64,000 nt of DNA from Thermococcus sp. JdFR-02 (GTDB lineage Archaea; Methanobacteriota_B; Thermococci; Thermococcales; Thermococcaceae). The position numbers and the translations under genes are program-made. The notes beneath the pieces are model-generated. The model was not told where the DNA came from. It worked only from the letters and a program-made list of their open reading frames with translations, and ran no database searches. This document shows, in pieces, positions 29,824 to 41,086 of the stretch. Each line of letters opens with the position of its first letter. The first letter of the stretch is position 1. The DNA lies in assembly GCA_002009975.1 (NCBI GenBank), contig MTLP01000042.1:256001-320000 (forward strand). The letters are read 5' to 3'.

Positions 29824-30522
29824 ATGGACATAATTGGGATTCGATTAAAAGATGCCCTTGAAAAAGCAGGATGTCCAATTTGCAATATTCTCAAAAAATA
29901 TGAAACCGATTTGATAGAAGAGATACTTTACGAACATGTTAATAACCCGAGTGTTAGGGAAAAGTTTAAGAAAAGCCTTGGTCTCTGCACTTATCATGCA
30001 TGGAAGCTCGAGAGTATAGCATACTCAAATCCACTTTATGGTAGCTTAGGAGTTGCTATAATTTACGAGCACATGCTTTCACTTTATTTAAGCTCACTTA
30101 AATGTCAAAACAAAATAAAAGAGAGGAAATGCTTTTTGTGCAAATCTGTGGAGGAGAAAGAAGAACATACAATAGGAGCATTGGTTGATAGGATTGAAGA
30201 ACTCTTTGGTTTTTATGAAAGCTCTAAAGCAATATTCTGCAAAGAACATTACACCATGCTTTACGATAAGCTTAAAACAGAGAATCCTCAAATGAGCGAG
30301 AGGTTAAGAAAAGTCCAGATCAGAAAACTCGAAACCCTTGGAGAGAGATTAAACAAATTCATAGAAAAATTCGATTACCGTTCAACAGAATCACCAACTA
30401 AAGATGAGATTATGTCTGTTACATTGAGTATTGAAAGCCTGAAAGGACTGCCTTTGGGAATAAATTTCACGAGGAGAAGAAAAAAGAGGTCTCTCCTGAA
30501 AGATATCTTCAATGAATATTAA
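29824..30522 (+). CDS. Cys/His metal-binding protein (DUF6062-like)
   Basis: Duplicated CPIC...GLCxxH and CFLC...FCxxH motifs; NKFIEKFDYR. Confidence 0.7.
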   Translation: MDIIGIRLKDALEKAGCPICNILKKYETDLIEEILYEHVNNPSVREKFKKSLGLCTYHAWKLESIAYSNPLYGSLGVAIIYEHMLSLYLSSLKCQNKIKERKCFLCKSVEEKEEHTIGALVDRIEELFGFYESSKAIFCKEHYTMLYDKLKTENPQMSERLRKVQIRKLETLGERLNKFIEKFDYRSTESPTKDEIMSVTLSIESLKGLPLGINFTRRRKKRSLLKDIFNEY

Positions 30523-30545
30523 AGCAGCTAACAGGAGGTATTGCA

Positions 30546-31306
<761 letters not shown>

Positions 31307-31423
31307 GCCTTATAAACCACGTTACTTCCCCAATGTTACTACCATTGTGTGGCTAACTGCTAAAGGGTTCAGATTCTACAAAATCTTTAAGAAGTATGAG
31401 CAAAATACTTTATAGGATGGGAC

Positions 31424-32188
31424 ATGGTGTTGCAAAATACACAGCTCATTCAATGGGCTGTGGACATACTTGAACTTATAGGATTAACTCTCATGGTCAT
31501 AATATTAAACAAGTTTAAAGAAGAGTTTGTCTTTCTTTTTGGAAAAAGAAATACAAAGCTGCTCATGATAGGTTTGGGGGTTATAGTACTCTCTAGCATT
31601 GCTGATATTTTAAACGAAATTGTTAAAACAACACTTACAAACGTTTTAGACGATATTCTTCTCATTATTGCTGTAGGTATAATATCTTATGGGCTCTACT
31701 CTGTCGGTAAGAGAACACAAATAGAAGTATCTCCTTATACTATGTCCTCTAATATGACCAAAAATGAAATCACAGCAATCTCAGAGGGGACATATCTCTA
31801 CCCAACCACCGACATTGAAAGAGTATTAAAGCTTCTTCGCGGTAAAAAGATCCTTGCTATTACACGAGATCCGAAAAAATTTGAAGAAGCAAACATTCCC
31901 TATATCTGGGTAACAAAAGCTGATACCAAAAACTCTATTCACCCAAGGAACCTAGCACAACTTCTTCAGCATATTATTGATATCCTCGATGAAAACACGG
32001 GAATACTTTTAGACTGTGTTGAGTATTTAATCCTCGAAAACGATTTCACATCCGTTTTTAAATTTTTGACAACTCTAAAAGATTATGCATTACAAAAGAA
32101 GGGCATTGTTATAATCGTCCTCGAGAAAGATGCCTTAGAAGACAAAGAGTATAAACTCCTTGAAAGGGAATTTTTCTTGCTAGAGTAA
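31424..32188 (+). CDS. Membrane-anchored DUF835 protein
   Basis: Three N-terminal TM helices, then LAITRDP, YIWVT, IHPRNL, LLDCVEYLILENDF..VFKFL..LKD, LLERE. Confidence 0.85.
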   Translation: MVLQNTQLIQWAVDILELIGLTLMVIILNKFKEEFVFLFGKRNTKLLMIGLGVIVLSSIADILNEIVKTTLTNVLDDILLIIAVGIISYGLYSVGKRTQIEVSPYTMSSNMTKNEITAISEGTYLYPTTDIERVLKLLRGKKILAITRDPKKFEEANIPYIWVTKADTKNSIHPRNLAQLLQHIIDILDENTGILLDCVEYLILENDFTSVFKFLTTLKDYALQKKGIVIIVLEKDALEDKEYKLLEREFFLLE

Positions 32189-32246
32189 AGTCTGCACAAA
32201 TCATTATAAGCTATGAATACAAGGTACATCCAGAACACTCGAAAAG

Positions 32247-33482
32247 GTGATAAAAATGCTCCATCATGTTAAGCTTATTCACGCGACTAAGAGTAAAAAA
32301 TTACTGGGAAAAAAGATTGTTTTGGCAATCCCTGGGAGTATAGCCGCTGTTGAGTGTGTAAAGTTGGCTAGAGAATTAATTAGGCATGGAGCTGAAGTTC
32401 ATGCCGTAATGAGTGAAAATGCCCAAAAGATAATACATCCCTACGCTATGGAGTTTGCTACCGGGAACAAGGTAGTCACTGAGATTACGGGCTTTATTGA
32501 GCATGTAGAACTTTGTGGGGAGCATGAAAATAAGGCTGATCTTGTTTTAGTTTGTCCAGCAACAGCCAACACAATTTCAAAAATAGCATGTGGCATTGAT
32601 GATACACCAGTAACAACCGTTGTAACAACAGCTTTTGCTCACACACCAATAATGATTGCCCCAGCTATGCATTCAACAATGTATGAGCATCCAGTAATCA
32701 GAGAAAATATAGAAAAGCTCAAAAAATTAGGAGTTGAATTTATAGGTCCAAAATTTGAGGAAGGAAAGGCAAAAGTTGCAAGCATTGATGAAATAGTTTA
32801 CAGAGTCATTAAAAAACTTCACAAAAAGGATCTAGTTGGAAAGAGAGTATTAATAACGGCTGGAGCTACAAAAGAATATATAGACCCAATCCGCTTCATC
32901 ACAAACAAGAGCAGCGGAAAGATGGGAGTTGCTTTAGCTGAGGAAGCTGAATTTAGGGGCGCTGAAGTTACGCTTATAAAAACCAAGGGAAGTGTGCCAA
33001 GCTTTGTTGAAAGTCAAATCGAAGTTGAAACCGTCGAAGAGATGCTTAAAGCTATTGAAAATGAGTTAAAGAGTAAAAAATACGATGTTGTGATTTTAGC
33101 TGCTGCTGTGAGCGATTTTACACCGAAAGAAAAGGCTGAAAAGAAAATAAAGAGCGGACAAGCGCTTATTTTAGAACTTGTTCCAACACCAAAGATAATT
33201 AAAAGAGTAAAAGAAATTGCCCCTGAAGTGTTTTTAGTAGGATTTAAAGCTGAATATGGCATTAGCAAAGAAGAACTTATAGAACAAGCAAAAAAACAGA
33301 TTGAAAAAGCTAAAAGTGATGTAGTAATTGCTAACAAAGGAGAAATAGCCTTTGGAAGTGACGTGAATGAAGTTTATTGGGTCACAAAAGAAGGCTATGA
33401 AAAGTTCCCTCTAATGAGCAAAAGGGAGCTAGCAGAGAAAATTTGGGATAATATAATCAAATTTTTGGAAGTGAGAAAATGA
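32247..33482 (+). CDS. coaBC: Bifunctional phosphopantothenoylcysteine decarboxylase/synthetase
   Basis: PGSIAA, PATANTISK, APAMH, ITAGAT.EYIDPIRFITNKSSGKMG, AAVSDF, VGFKAE. Confidence 0.95.
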   Translation: MIKMLHHVKLIHATKSKKLLGKKIVLAIPGSIAAVECVKLARELIRHGAEVHAVMSENAQKIIHPYAMEFATGNKVVTEITGFIEHVELCGEHENKADLVLVCPATANTISKIACGIDDTPVTTVVTTAFAHTPIMIAPAMHSTMYEHPVIRENIEKLKKLGVEFIGPKFEEGKAKVASIDEIVYRVIKKLHKKDLVGKRVLITAGATKEYIDPIRFITNKSSGKMGVALAEEAEFRGAEVTLIKTKGSVPSFVESQIEVETVEEMLKAIENELKSKKYDVVILAAAVSDFTPKEKAEKKIKSGQALILELVPTPKIIKRVKEIAPEVFLVGFKAEYGISKEELIEQAKKQIEKAKSDVVIANKGEIAFGSDVNEVYWVTKEGYEKFPLMSKRELAEKIWDNIIKFLEVRK

Positions 33483-34162
33483 AAAAGATTGGCATAATTG
33501 GAGGTCTAAGCCCAGAGTCAACTCTCTATTATTACAAAAAGTTTATAGAAATTTCAAGGCAAAGATTTGAGCCATATTTCTTCCCGGAACTTATGATTTA
33601 TAGCATAAACTTTCATGAATTCATGAACAATGCTTGGGAAGGAAGAAAGGAGATTCTCATAAAAGCGGCAAAATCTCTTGAAAAAGCAGGAGCACAAATT
33701 ATAGCAATCTCAGCAAATACTCCTCATAAAGTATTTCCAGATGTTGCAAAAAGCGTAAACGTTCCAATGCTAAGCATAATCGATGCAATTGCTAATGAGG
33801 CTAAAAAGCAGGAAATAAACAAGCTTTTACTTTTAGGAACAAAAACTACAATGAGCGAGCCTTTTTACAAAGAAGCGTTAAGAGGAAAAGGATTTGAAGT
33901 TTTTGTTCCAGGCGAAGAGGAAATGGACAAAGTCCATAGCATAATTTTTGACGAGATAATAGCTGGAAAAATCTTGGAAAGCTCTAAGCTCTTTTTAATT
34001 AAGCTAATTGAGAAGTATAGAAATGAAAAGGGGATAGAGGGGGTTATCTTGGGCTGCACGGAGTTGCCGTTAATTATTAAAGCGGGTGATGTAAGCGTTA
34101 AAGTCTTAGACAGTGCAGAAATTCATGTCAAAGCCTTAATTGAAAAATCAATGAAAGATTAA
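33479..34162 (+). CDS. Aspartate/glutamate racemase family protein (single catalytic Cys)
   Basis: IGIIGGLSPEST, SANTPH (Ala in place of the first Cys), LLGTKTTM, ILGCTELP. Confidence 0.85.
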   Translation: MKKIGIIGGLSPESTLYYYKKFIEISRQRFEPYFFPELMIYSINFHEFMNNAWEGRKEILIKAAKSLEKAGAQIIAISANTPHKVFPDVAKSVNVPMLSIIDAIANEAKKQEINKLLLLGTKTTMSEPFYKEALRGKGFEVFVPGEEEMDKVHSIIFDEIIAGKILESSKLFLIKLIEKYRNEKGIEGVILGCTELPLIIKAGDVSVKVLDSAEIHVKALIEKSMKD

Positions 34163-34959
34163 CGCCCAAACCTTCTCTCTCTCTTTTGATATTCTCTTAT
34201 TATTCTTAAAAAGTCGATTTTCCTAAACTCTGGAAAGTACACATCAACAAAGAAAAGCTCACTGTAGGCAACTTGGTAAAGCAAGAAATTGCTAATTCTA
34301 ATTTCCCCTCCAGTCCTAATTACTATATCTGGATCTGGCATGTTTGGAACATAAAGGTACTTCTTCAATAACTCCTCATCAATGTCATCTTTGCTGATGA
34401 TTCCCCTCTCCACATCCTCAACTATTCTCTTCACAGCATCTACAATCTCACTCCTTCCTCCATAAGCTAACGCTATGTTTAGGAAATAGTTGTTGTATTT
34501 CTTAGTTACTCTTTCTGCTTCTTCTGCAGCCTTTCTGACATTTTCGGGCAAAAGCTCCTTTCTCCCAATAACATTAACCCTAATACCATATTTATGAACT
34601 CTCTCATCTGTTACAAGTTCCCTAAATTTCTGTTCAAAAAGATTCATTAGAGCGTTTACCTCCTCAGGACTTCGTTTAAAGTTCTCGGTTGAGAATGCAT
34701 AAACAGTCAAAACTCTCATTCCAAGTTCTCTTCCCCACTCTAAAATCTCCTCAAGCTTTTTAGAACCAAAAAGATGTCCATACCAAGGAGGTTTTTCCAA
34801 CCTACGTGCCCATCTTCTATTTCCATCCATAATTATCGCTACATGCTGGGGAATTCTACCATTAGCCTTAACCCTTTCAAACAGGTACCTTTCATACAAA
34901 TCATACACGGGCTTAAATAAAATATGAGGAATGTGGGAAACAATTCTATAAATCACCAA
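34159..34959 (-). CDS. uppS: cis-prenyltransferase (polyprenyl diphosphate synthase)
   Basis: HVAIIMDGNRRWA, YAFSTENFKR, YGGRSEI, IRTGGEIRISNFL, RRFGR. Confidence 0.95.
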   Translation of the reverse strand: MVIYRIVSHIPHILFKPVYDLYERYLFERVKANGRIPQHVAIIMDGNRRWARRLEKPPWYGHLFGSKKLEEILEWGRELGMRVLTVYAFSTENFKRSPEEVNALMNLFEQKFRELVTDERVHKYGIRVNVIGRKELLPENVRKAAEEAERVTKKYNNYFLNIALAYGGRSEIVDAVKRIVEDVERGIISKDDIDEELLKKYLYVPNMPDPDIVIRTGGEIRISNFLLYQVAYSELFFVDVYFPEFRKIDFLRIIREYQKRERRFGR

Positions 34960-34965
34960 CTTTCA

Positions 34966-35499
34966 TCACTCTATCAACTTTCTTTTACCTTTATGAAGCT
35001 CAGCTAATGCCATATAAACTTCGGCATTTTTCTTCGTCATCTCTATTTCCTTTTCGCTTAACTGTCTAACAACCTTTCCTGGAACTCCAACAACCAAACT
35101 ATAGTCTGGAATTTCTTTTCCTGGTGGAATCAATGCCCCAGCACCGATTATAACGTGGTTTCCTATTTTTGCCCCATCTAAAACTACCGCACCCATGCCA
35201 ATTATTACATAGTTCCCAATTTTAGCACCGTGAACTACTGCATTATGTCCAACTGTCACATGCTCACCGATTACTGTGGGCATTCCATGAGAGGTATGTA
35301 TGCTCACATTGTCTTGAATATTTGAGCCTTTCCCAATATATATCTGTTCTATATCTCCCCTTAAAACTGCAAAGGGCCATACACTTGCTTTTTCTTCGAT
35401 TACAACATCTCCAATGATTGAAGCGTTTTCATCAACAAAAGCAGAGTCGTCAATCTTAGGTTTTTTTCCATTTAATTCATAAATCGGCATGAAAATCAC
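34966..35499 (-). CDS. Gamma-carbonic anhydrase family hexapeptide-repeat protein
   Basis: VLRGD, NIQDN..IH, VGHNAVVHG, left-handed beta-helix repeats. Confidence 0.9.
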   Translation of the reverse strand: MIFMPIYELNGKKPKIDDSAFVDENASIIGDVVIEEKASVWPFAVLRGDIEQIYIGKGSNIQDNVSIHTSHGMPTVIGEHVTVGHNAVVHGAKIGNYVIIGMGAVVLDGAKIGNHVIIGAGALIPPGKEIPDYSLVVGVPGKVVRQLSEKEIEMTKKNAEVYMALAELHKGKRKLIE

Positions 35500-35618
35500 C
35501 CCTTAAATTGTTCCATTCAGAACTACCAAATTTTAACTTATAAGTTTTTCATATAGCGCTCACTTATTATGCATCAACTGGAAAAGTTTATGTAGAGGAA
35601 ATTATAAAAATAAAACGT

Positions 35619-35807
35619 ATGAAAAAAAGAAAAGCCCAAACTCCTGTTGAGTACTTGGTTATGCTTGTACTGGCTTTGTTAGTTGTTGCAATAGCTATTA
35701 GATATCTGACAAGATCAATTAGTGCGGCCAACAAGGCTATTTCAAGTGGAGTTAATGAATTGAGCCAAGAATTAAGCGAACAGTTGAGTTCTTTAACAAG
35801 TGATTAA
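35619..35807 (+). CDS. Class III signal peptide (pilin-like) small protein
   Basis: MKKRKAQ followed by TPVEY and a hydrophobic helix. Confidence 0.75.
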   Translation: MKKRKAQTPVEYLVMLVLALLVVAIAIRYLTRSISAANKAISSGVNELSQELSEQLSSLTSD

Positions 35808-35818
35808 ATAAAAAGAAA

Positions 35819-36868
35819 TTAGATAAGTTCTCTTTCCATTCTTGTCAATCTTCTAGCACCATTTTTTTCCAAAACAATCGTATCCTCAATCCTGACTCCA
35901 CCAAACTTGGGAATGTATATTCCAGGTTCGATTGTAATAACCATTCCTTCTTTAAGCACAGTTTCATCAAATTGATTAACCCTTGGCGCTTCATGAATTT
36001 CCAAGCCAACACCATGACCTAATGAATGTATAAAATAATCTCCATAACCGTATTCAGCTATAATATCCCTTGCAATCCTATCTAGCTCGTTTGCTTTCAT
36101 TCCTACCTTGGCTTTTTTAACTGCAGCCCTTTGCGCCTCTAAGACAACCTCATAAATATCCTTTTGCTTTTCATTTGGTTTTCCAACAACAATAGTCCTA
36201 GTTATATCTGAGTTGTAATGTTTGTATAACGCTCCTAAATCAATGACAACTAAATCTCCCTTTTCTATTCTCTTATCACTTGCGATACCATGGGGTAAAG
36301 CAGAACGATAACCACTTGCTATAATCGTGTCAAAAGCAGGCTTTTCTGCTCCATTCATCTTCATAACAAACTCAACTTTTGCAGCTATTTCCCTTTCTCT
36401 TTTACCTTCACTTATTTCTTCCATAGCCGCCATTACTGCCATATCAGCTAACTTACAAGCTTCCATTATTGTGTTAATCTCTTCTGGAGTTTTTATAAGC
36501 CTAAGTTCTTTTATTGGCTCGTCTATTATTTTAATACCCTCAACCTTTGCCTTTTCTTTTACTGTGTTAATGAAGCCTAAACTTGTAGTTCCTTCAACAC
36601 CTAAACTCTTAAACTTCTTTAGTTGCTCCAAAAATTCATCAACCTTTTTGAATTTTTCAACTGGAACAGAAGATTCTTCTTTAGTGGCTTCATATTCAAG
36701 CTCAGGAACAAATAGCGTTGCATCATCTGCTGTCAAAACTAAATAACCACCTGCCAGTGGAGAGGCATTAGAGAAATAAAAAATGTTTTCTTTCTTTGAA
36801 ATTAAAGCTGCATCAATTTCATTATCAGCCAAATAAGATTGTAGCTTTTCAATTCGTTGTTTCATCAT
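35819..36868 (-). CDS. pepQ: Xaa-Pro dipeptidase (prolidase, M24B)
   Basis: SALPHG, IDLGA..YNSDITRT, FIHSLGHGVGLEIHE, TIEPGIY, GVRIED. Confidence 0.92.
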   Translation of the reverse strand: MMKQRIEKLQSYLADNEIDAALISKKENIFYFSNASPLAGGYLVLTADDATLFVPELEYEATKEESSVPVEKFKKVDEFLEQLKKFKSLGVEGTTSLGFINTVKEKAKVEGIKIIDEPIKELRLIKTPEEINTIMEACKLADMAVMAAMEEISEGKREREIAAKVEFVMKMNGAEKPAFDTIIASGYRSALPHGIASDKRIEKGDLVVIDLGALYKHYNSDITRTIVVGKPNEKQKDIYEVVLEAQRAAVKKAKVGMKANELDRIARDIIAEYGYGDYFIHSLGHGVGLEIHEAPRVNQFDETVLKEGMVITIEPGIYIPKFGGVRIEDTIVLEKNGARRLTRMERELI

Positions 36869-36969
36869 GCCACCTCCATCACCAATTTAATAAATAAAAA
36901 TAAAACTCTTTCTATAAACTAAGTGGCAAACGACAAAAATCATAACTAAAAAGAAGAGATTATCAAAGC

Positions 36970-37137
36970 TCAATCGTAGAGCCTACCTTCTCTAGTAATT
37001 ACTTTCCAATACTTGTAGTTTTCTCCAACGATTTTATACACTCCATCTTCGAGCTTTTCTAAAAACCTCTCCACCATCCCGTCTTCGATTGTTGCAACTT
37101 TAATCCCCTTCCCACTATTCCAGATTTCAACTTTCAT
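36970..37137 (-). CDS. Small hypothetical protein (55 aa, not in ORF track)
   Basis: RBS GGAGGGGTGA then MKVEIWNSGKGIKVATIEDGMVERFLEKLEDGVYKIVGENYKYWKVITREGRLYD*. Confidence 0.65.
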   Translation of the reverse strand: MKVEIWNSGKGIKVATIEDGMVERFLEKLEDGVYKIVGENYKYWKVITREGRLYD

Positions 37138-37320
37138 GAGCTTCACCCCTCCAATTATATTCGTTAGTTTGCATAATATTTTAAAAATTTTTCTATTCTA
37201 TTCAAGATTCATGGAAAAATTTTTCGATATTTTTTGTAAAAGTGTAAGGCGATTGGATGTTTAAAAGCGGAGGTGAGTAAGGTTTAAAAGCTGAGACCTA
37301 AAATTGAACTCGGAGGGATA

Positions 37321-37584
37321 ATGATGAGGAAAGGAATAATTCTAAGCTATGTGAGGAGTAAAGAAAACCAAAACAATAACCACATGATAATTAAGCCCCT
37401 TGGAATTGACAGCAGAGAACAAGCTGCAACACTAATTGGAAGGAAAGTAATTTGGAAAAGCCCAAGCGGTAAACTCTTGGTGGGCAAGATAATGAAGCCA
37501 CACGGAAATAGGGGAGAAGTCAAAGTTAGATTTGAAAAAGGCTTACCAGGGCAAGCTTTGGGAGATTACGTAGAAATTCGCTGA
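37321..37584 (+). CDS. rpl35ae: 50S ribosomal protein L35Ae
   Basis: [45 protein letters not shown]. Confidence 0.95.
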   Translation: MMRKGIILSYVRSKENQNNNHMIIKPLGIDSREQAATLIGRKVIWKSPSGKLLVGKIMKPHGNRGEVKVRFEKGLPGQALGDYVEIR

Positions 37585-37630
37585 ATCTTTTTTAACTCTT
37601 TTACGTCTTAGTTTCTTTGGAGGATTAACA

Positions 37631-38785
37631 ATGCAAAATATTGAATTAGTTGAAGTTAGAGAGGGAAAAGCAAAGATCCTAATCCCTAAAGCTGAGAGAA
37701 TTTATGACTCTCCAGTTTTCTATAACCCCATTATGGCATTTAATAGAGATTTGAGTGTTTTAGCTTTGAGAGTTCTAAAGCCTAAAACTGCCCTTGATTC
37801 GTTAAGTGCAACAGGGGTTAGAGGAATTAGATATGCATTGGAGAGTGACGTAGATGAGGTTTGGCTCAACGACATCAACCCTCTTGCCTTTGAATTAATC
37901 ATTAAGAACCTTGAATTAAACTTTGGAAAAATCAAAGTTAATGAAAAACTAGCAAAATTTGAGAATGAAAAAACTTTAATTGCTACAAACAAAGATGCTA
38001 ATCTATTGATGGATGAGAAATTTAGATATTTTGAGTTTGTTGATTTAGATCCCTTTGGCTCACCCATGCCCTTTTTAGATTCTGCTCTAAGGAGCGTTAA
38101 AAGACATGGGAGCTTAGGCATTACGGCAACTGATACTGGACCTTTATGTGGAGCCTATCCAAATGCTTGCATTAGAAAATACAACGCTTACCCGGTTAGA
38201 GGCGAACTTTGTCACGAAAGTGGTTTGAGAATTCTAATTGGTGCGATTGCAAAATATATCGCAAAATATGATCTTGGCTTTGATGTTCTTCTCGCTTACT
38301 ATAAAGATCATTATTTTAGAGTTTTCTTGAAAGTTAAAGATGGTGCAAAAAAAGGAGATGAAACGTTATCCAATGTAGGTTACCTCTACTTTGATAACAA
38401 AACTGGGAAATTTGAAGTAGAAAAAAGCATTTTTCCAGATAAAAGAGAGAATATGAAGATTTTTGGTCCTATGTGGCTTGGTCCATTAAAAGCCCAAGAA
38501 TTTATCGAAAATCTCTATAATAAAGCTCAAAAAGTCGAATTAGCCCAAAAAAGGAAGGTTTTAGAATTTCTGGAGATGATAAAGAATGAGCTTGATTTAC
38601 CTTTCTTCTACGATGTGCATGGAATAGCGAGAAGATACAGGTTGCAAGTGAGAAAACTAAGCACCATTATTGAGATCCTACAAGATAAGGGCTATAAGGC
38701 GAGCAGAACTCATATTTCCCCAACGGCTATAAAGAGCGATGCGCCATTTGATGTCTTCTTAGAAACCCTAAAGGAACTCCAATAA
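37631..38785 (+). CDS. trm1: tRNA (guanine26-N2)-dimethyltransferase
   Basis: [56 protein letters not shown]. Confidence 0.95.
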   Translation: MQNIELVEVREGKAKILIPKAERIYDSPVFYNPIMAFNRDLSVLALRVLKPKTALDSLSATGVRGIRYALESDVDEVWLNDINPLAFELIIKNLELNFGKIKVNEKLAKFENEKTLIATNKDANLLMDEKFRYFEFVDLDPFGSPMPFLDSALRSVKRHGSLGITATDTGPLCGAYPNACIRKYNAYPVRGELCHESGLRILIGAIAKYIAKYDLGFDVLLAYYKDHYFRVFLKVKDGAKKGDETLSNVGYLYFDNKTGKFEVEKSIFPDKRENMKIFGPMWLGPLKAQEFIENLYNKAQKVELAQKRKVLEFLEMIKNELDLPFFYDVHGIARRYRLQVRKLSTIIEILQDKGYKASRTHISPTAIKSDAPFDVFLETLKELQ

Positions 38786-38797
38786 AAAGTAAAAGAG

Positions 38798-39310
38798 TTA
38801 AAGAAGTCTGCCAACACCCTCTAAAGACTTAGATGAAATCCTTTCTCTTGCTATCTTTTCAGCAGTTCTCATTCTAATTTCATCCTCAATTTCTTCTGGT
38901 TTTCCAAAGAATATTGCCTCAGCTGGACACATTTCACTACATGCTGGTTCCATTCCCACTCTTCTTCTATCTGCACACATGTCACACTTTGTAACCACCT
39001 TTACCCTTACATCAAAGCTTGGAGCACCAAAGGGACATACTGCTAAACACATCAAACAACCAATACATTTCTTGGGATCAATAATTACTGCACCGTCGGA
39101 GTCCTTGTAAATTGCATTTGATGGACAAACTTCCATACATGGGGCCTTTTCACAGTGCCTACAGTTTATTGGGATTGGCAATCCGCTCATTGTGTAATAA
39201 ATTCTGATGTTTGGCTTTCCATGGTGTATAAACTCACAAACACCTTGACATGTCTCACATCCAATACACAAGCTGTAATCAACGTGAAGGAGTCTTCTCA
39301 TTTTATTCAC
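38798..39310 (-). CDS. 4Fe-4S dicluster electron-transfer protein (HycB/FdhB-like)
   Basis: CIGCETC, CRHCEKAPC..CP, CIGCLMC..CP, KCDMC...PAC..CP. Confidence 0.9.
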   Translation of the reverse strand: MNKMRRLLHVDYSLCIGCETCQGVCEFIHHGKPNIRIYYTMSGLPIPINCRHCEKAPCMEVCPSNAIYKDSDGAVIIDPKKCIGCLMCLAVCPFGAPSFDVRVKVVTKCDMCADRRRVGMEPACSEMCPAEAIFFGKPEEIEDEIRMRTAEKIARERISSKSLEGVGRLL

Positions 39311-40362
39311 CTCCCACTAAGCCACATGTGCATTGATTCCGCAGCCACTAACCCATCTAAAACTGCCCTACCAACTTTAGAGGGTCCAATTACAACGTCT
39401 CCAGCTGCAAAAACGCCTTCCCTGCTTGTCATGTGTCTTGAGTCAACGACTATTCTTCCTTTCTTATCAACTGCAATTCCGATATCTTCATTGAATGGTG
39501 GTGTAGCTTTTTGACCAACTGCGAACACAACCATGTCAACATCGATTTGGAAGTTTGAGCCTTCTATTGGAATAGGTCTTCTTCTTCCACTCTCATCTGG
39601 TTCACCAAGCTTACACTTCTGCAACTCTATAGCTTTAACTTTACCATATTCTCCAATGATCCTAACTGGTGTTGCTAATTCAAGCCATCTAACACCTCTT
39701 TGTTTTAGCAAGTTGATTTCATAAGCTCCAGCCGGAGCTTCATTTATAGTTCTCCTATAAACTAAGTAAACTCTCTCAGCTCCGAGCAATAGACTTTCCA
39801 TAGCAGCATCTACAGCTGTGTGTCCAGCCCCAACAACCACAACACTCTTTCCATCAATTTTTGGAACCTCTTCCCAAGATACATGTCCGAGCTTAGCTGA
39901 TTTTATTTTAAATAGGTAATCTAATGCTGGATAAACTCCATCCAATTCAACACCTTCGATTTTAGGAATAGTTGACTCCCATGTTCCAGTTGCTATTAGA
40001 ACCGCATCATATTCCTTTACTAACTCCTCAAACTCAACAAAATTCTCAACAAACTCATCTCCTTCCTCTTCCTTTTTGCTGGATATAACCTTTGTCTTTG
40101 GGTAAAATGTTACTTCAAAAATGTTCTTAAGCTCTTCATAGCCCTTTCTAACCCTGTAAATCGGAATTCTAAACTCTGGAATGCCAAAGAGCATTAATCC
40201 GCCCGGTTCTGGTAGCTTATCATAGATGTGAACATCATAACCATGGCACACTAAATATCCTGCCGCTGACAATCCAGCAGGTCCTGCTCCAATAATTGCT
40301 ATTTTTTTGCCGTTTTTTTCGGGTTTTTCCTTACACAGGAAAGCAAATCGCATGCCCTTCAT
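39307..40362 (-). CDS. FAD/NADPH oxidoreductase (GltD/SudA-like)
   Basis: IIGAGPAGL, GGLMLFGIPEFR, VVGAGHTAVD, YRR, FAAGDV..GP. Likely start is ATG 40362 after GAGGTGA. Confidence 0.9.
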   Translation of the reverse strand: MKGMRFAFLCKEKPEKNGKKIAIIGAGPAGLSAAGYLVCHGYDVHIYDKLPEPGGLMLFGIPEFRIPIYRVRKGYEELKNIFEVTFYPKTKVISSKKEEEGDEFVENFVEFEELVKEYDAVLIATGTWESTIPKIEGVELDGVYPALDYLFKIKSAKLGHVSWEEVPKIDGKSVVVVGAGHTAVDAAMESLLLGAERVYLVYRRTINEAPAGAYEINLLKQRGVRWLELATPVRIIGEYGKVKAIELQKCKLGEPDESGRRRPIPIEGSNFQIDVDMVVFAVGQKATPPFNEDIGIAVDKKGRIVVDSRHMTSREGVFAAGDVVIGPSKVGRAVLDGLVAAESMHMWLSGR

Positions 40363-40372
40363 TTTAATCACC

Positions 40373-40750
40373 TCATAACATATACCCCTTATAGTGATTT
40401 GAGGCAAAAGATAACCTATCCCTTTTACATTCATCACAGAGGAAAGCCAATTCAGCATTTTCGCCAATTTTCATGAGCTTTTTAGCCAAATATTCAGCTT
40501 CTTTTGATGTATATTGAAGCTCTTTTCCACAAACTGCACATTGAGCAAATTCAAATTCTAAAATCTCTTTGCTTGGAAGCCCTTGCAAAGCCTTGGTTGG
40601 ACAACTTTCATTACATTCAAAGTTGCAATTGCCGCATTTTTCTGGATAGAATAGTATTCTCCGATTCCTATTGTCATCTACTCTGATCGCTTCAAAAGGA
40701 CAAGTAGATGCACAGATTCCACATCCAATACAGAGTTCTATTTTTAGCAC
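40373..40750 (-). CDS. 4Fe-4S ferredoxin-like protein with C-terminal CxxC...CxxC
   Basis: CIGCGIC..CP, CGNC..CNESCP, CAVC, CDEC; GTG start after GGTGAT. Confidence 0.85.
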   Translation of the reverse strand: MLKIELCIGCGICASTCPFEAIRVDDNRNRRILFYPEKCGNCNFECNESCPTKALQGLPSKEILEFEFAQCAVCGKELQYTSKEAEYLAKKLMKIGENAELAFLCDECKRDRLSFASNHYKGYML

Positions 40751-41086
40751 TTGTGATCACCACTGAAATTTAATATCCTCATGAATTTTTGTGAGTTGCA
40801 ATGAACTTTTTTGTCGAACTGTGCGCATGTTCTCAGATGTTCCTTAAAAGAAGCTTTATAAAAGAGTTTTTTAAACAGCTTATTTGCAACCTTTGGTTGA
40901 GAAAGGGAATTTTGGAGCTTCGTTTTTTCTCCTTCCATCCTGAGTATTTTGCACTTTTTTACATCTTTTTCTGATAAACTTTTGAGGGTTGCCCTTTGTA
41001 AAGTGAAAAATATTTAGCACCACACATCGCTTCTAATTCATAAGAACCTCATAGATACAAAGAAGTAGATAATGAAAGAGAAAAAA

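Noticed and set aside
40744-40938. 64-aa ORF upstream of the ferredoxin-like gene
   Set aside because: Atypical composition, and it spans the probable promoter and SurR-like site; likely spurious.
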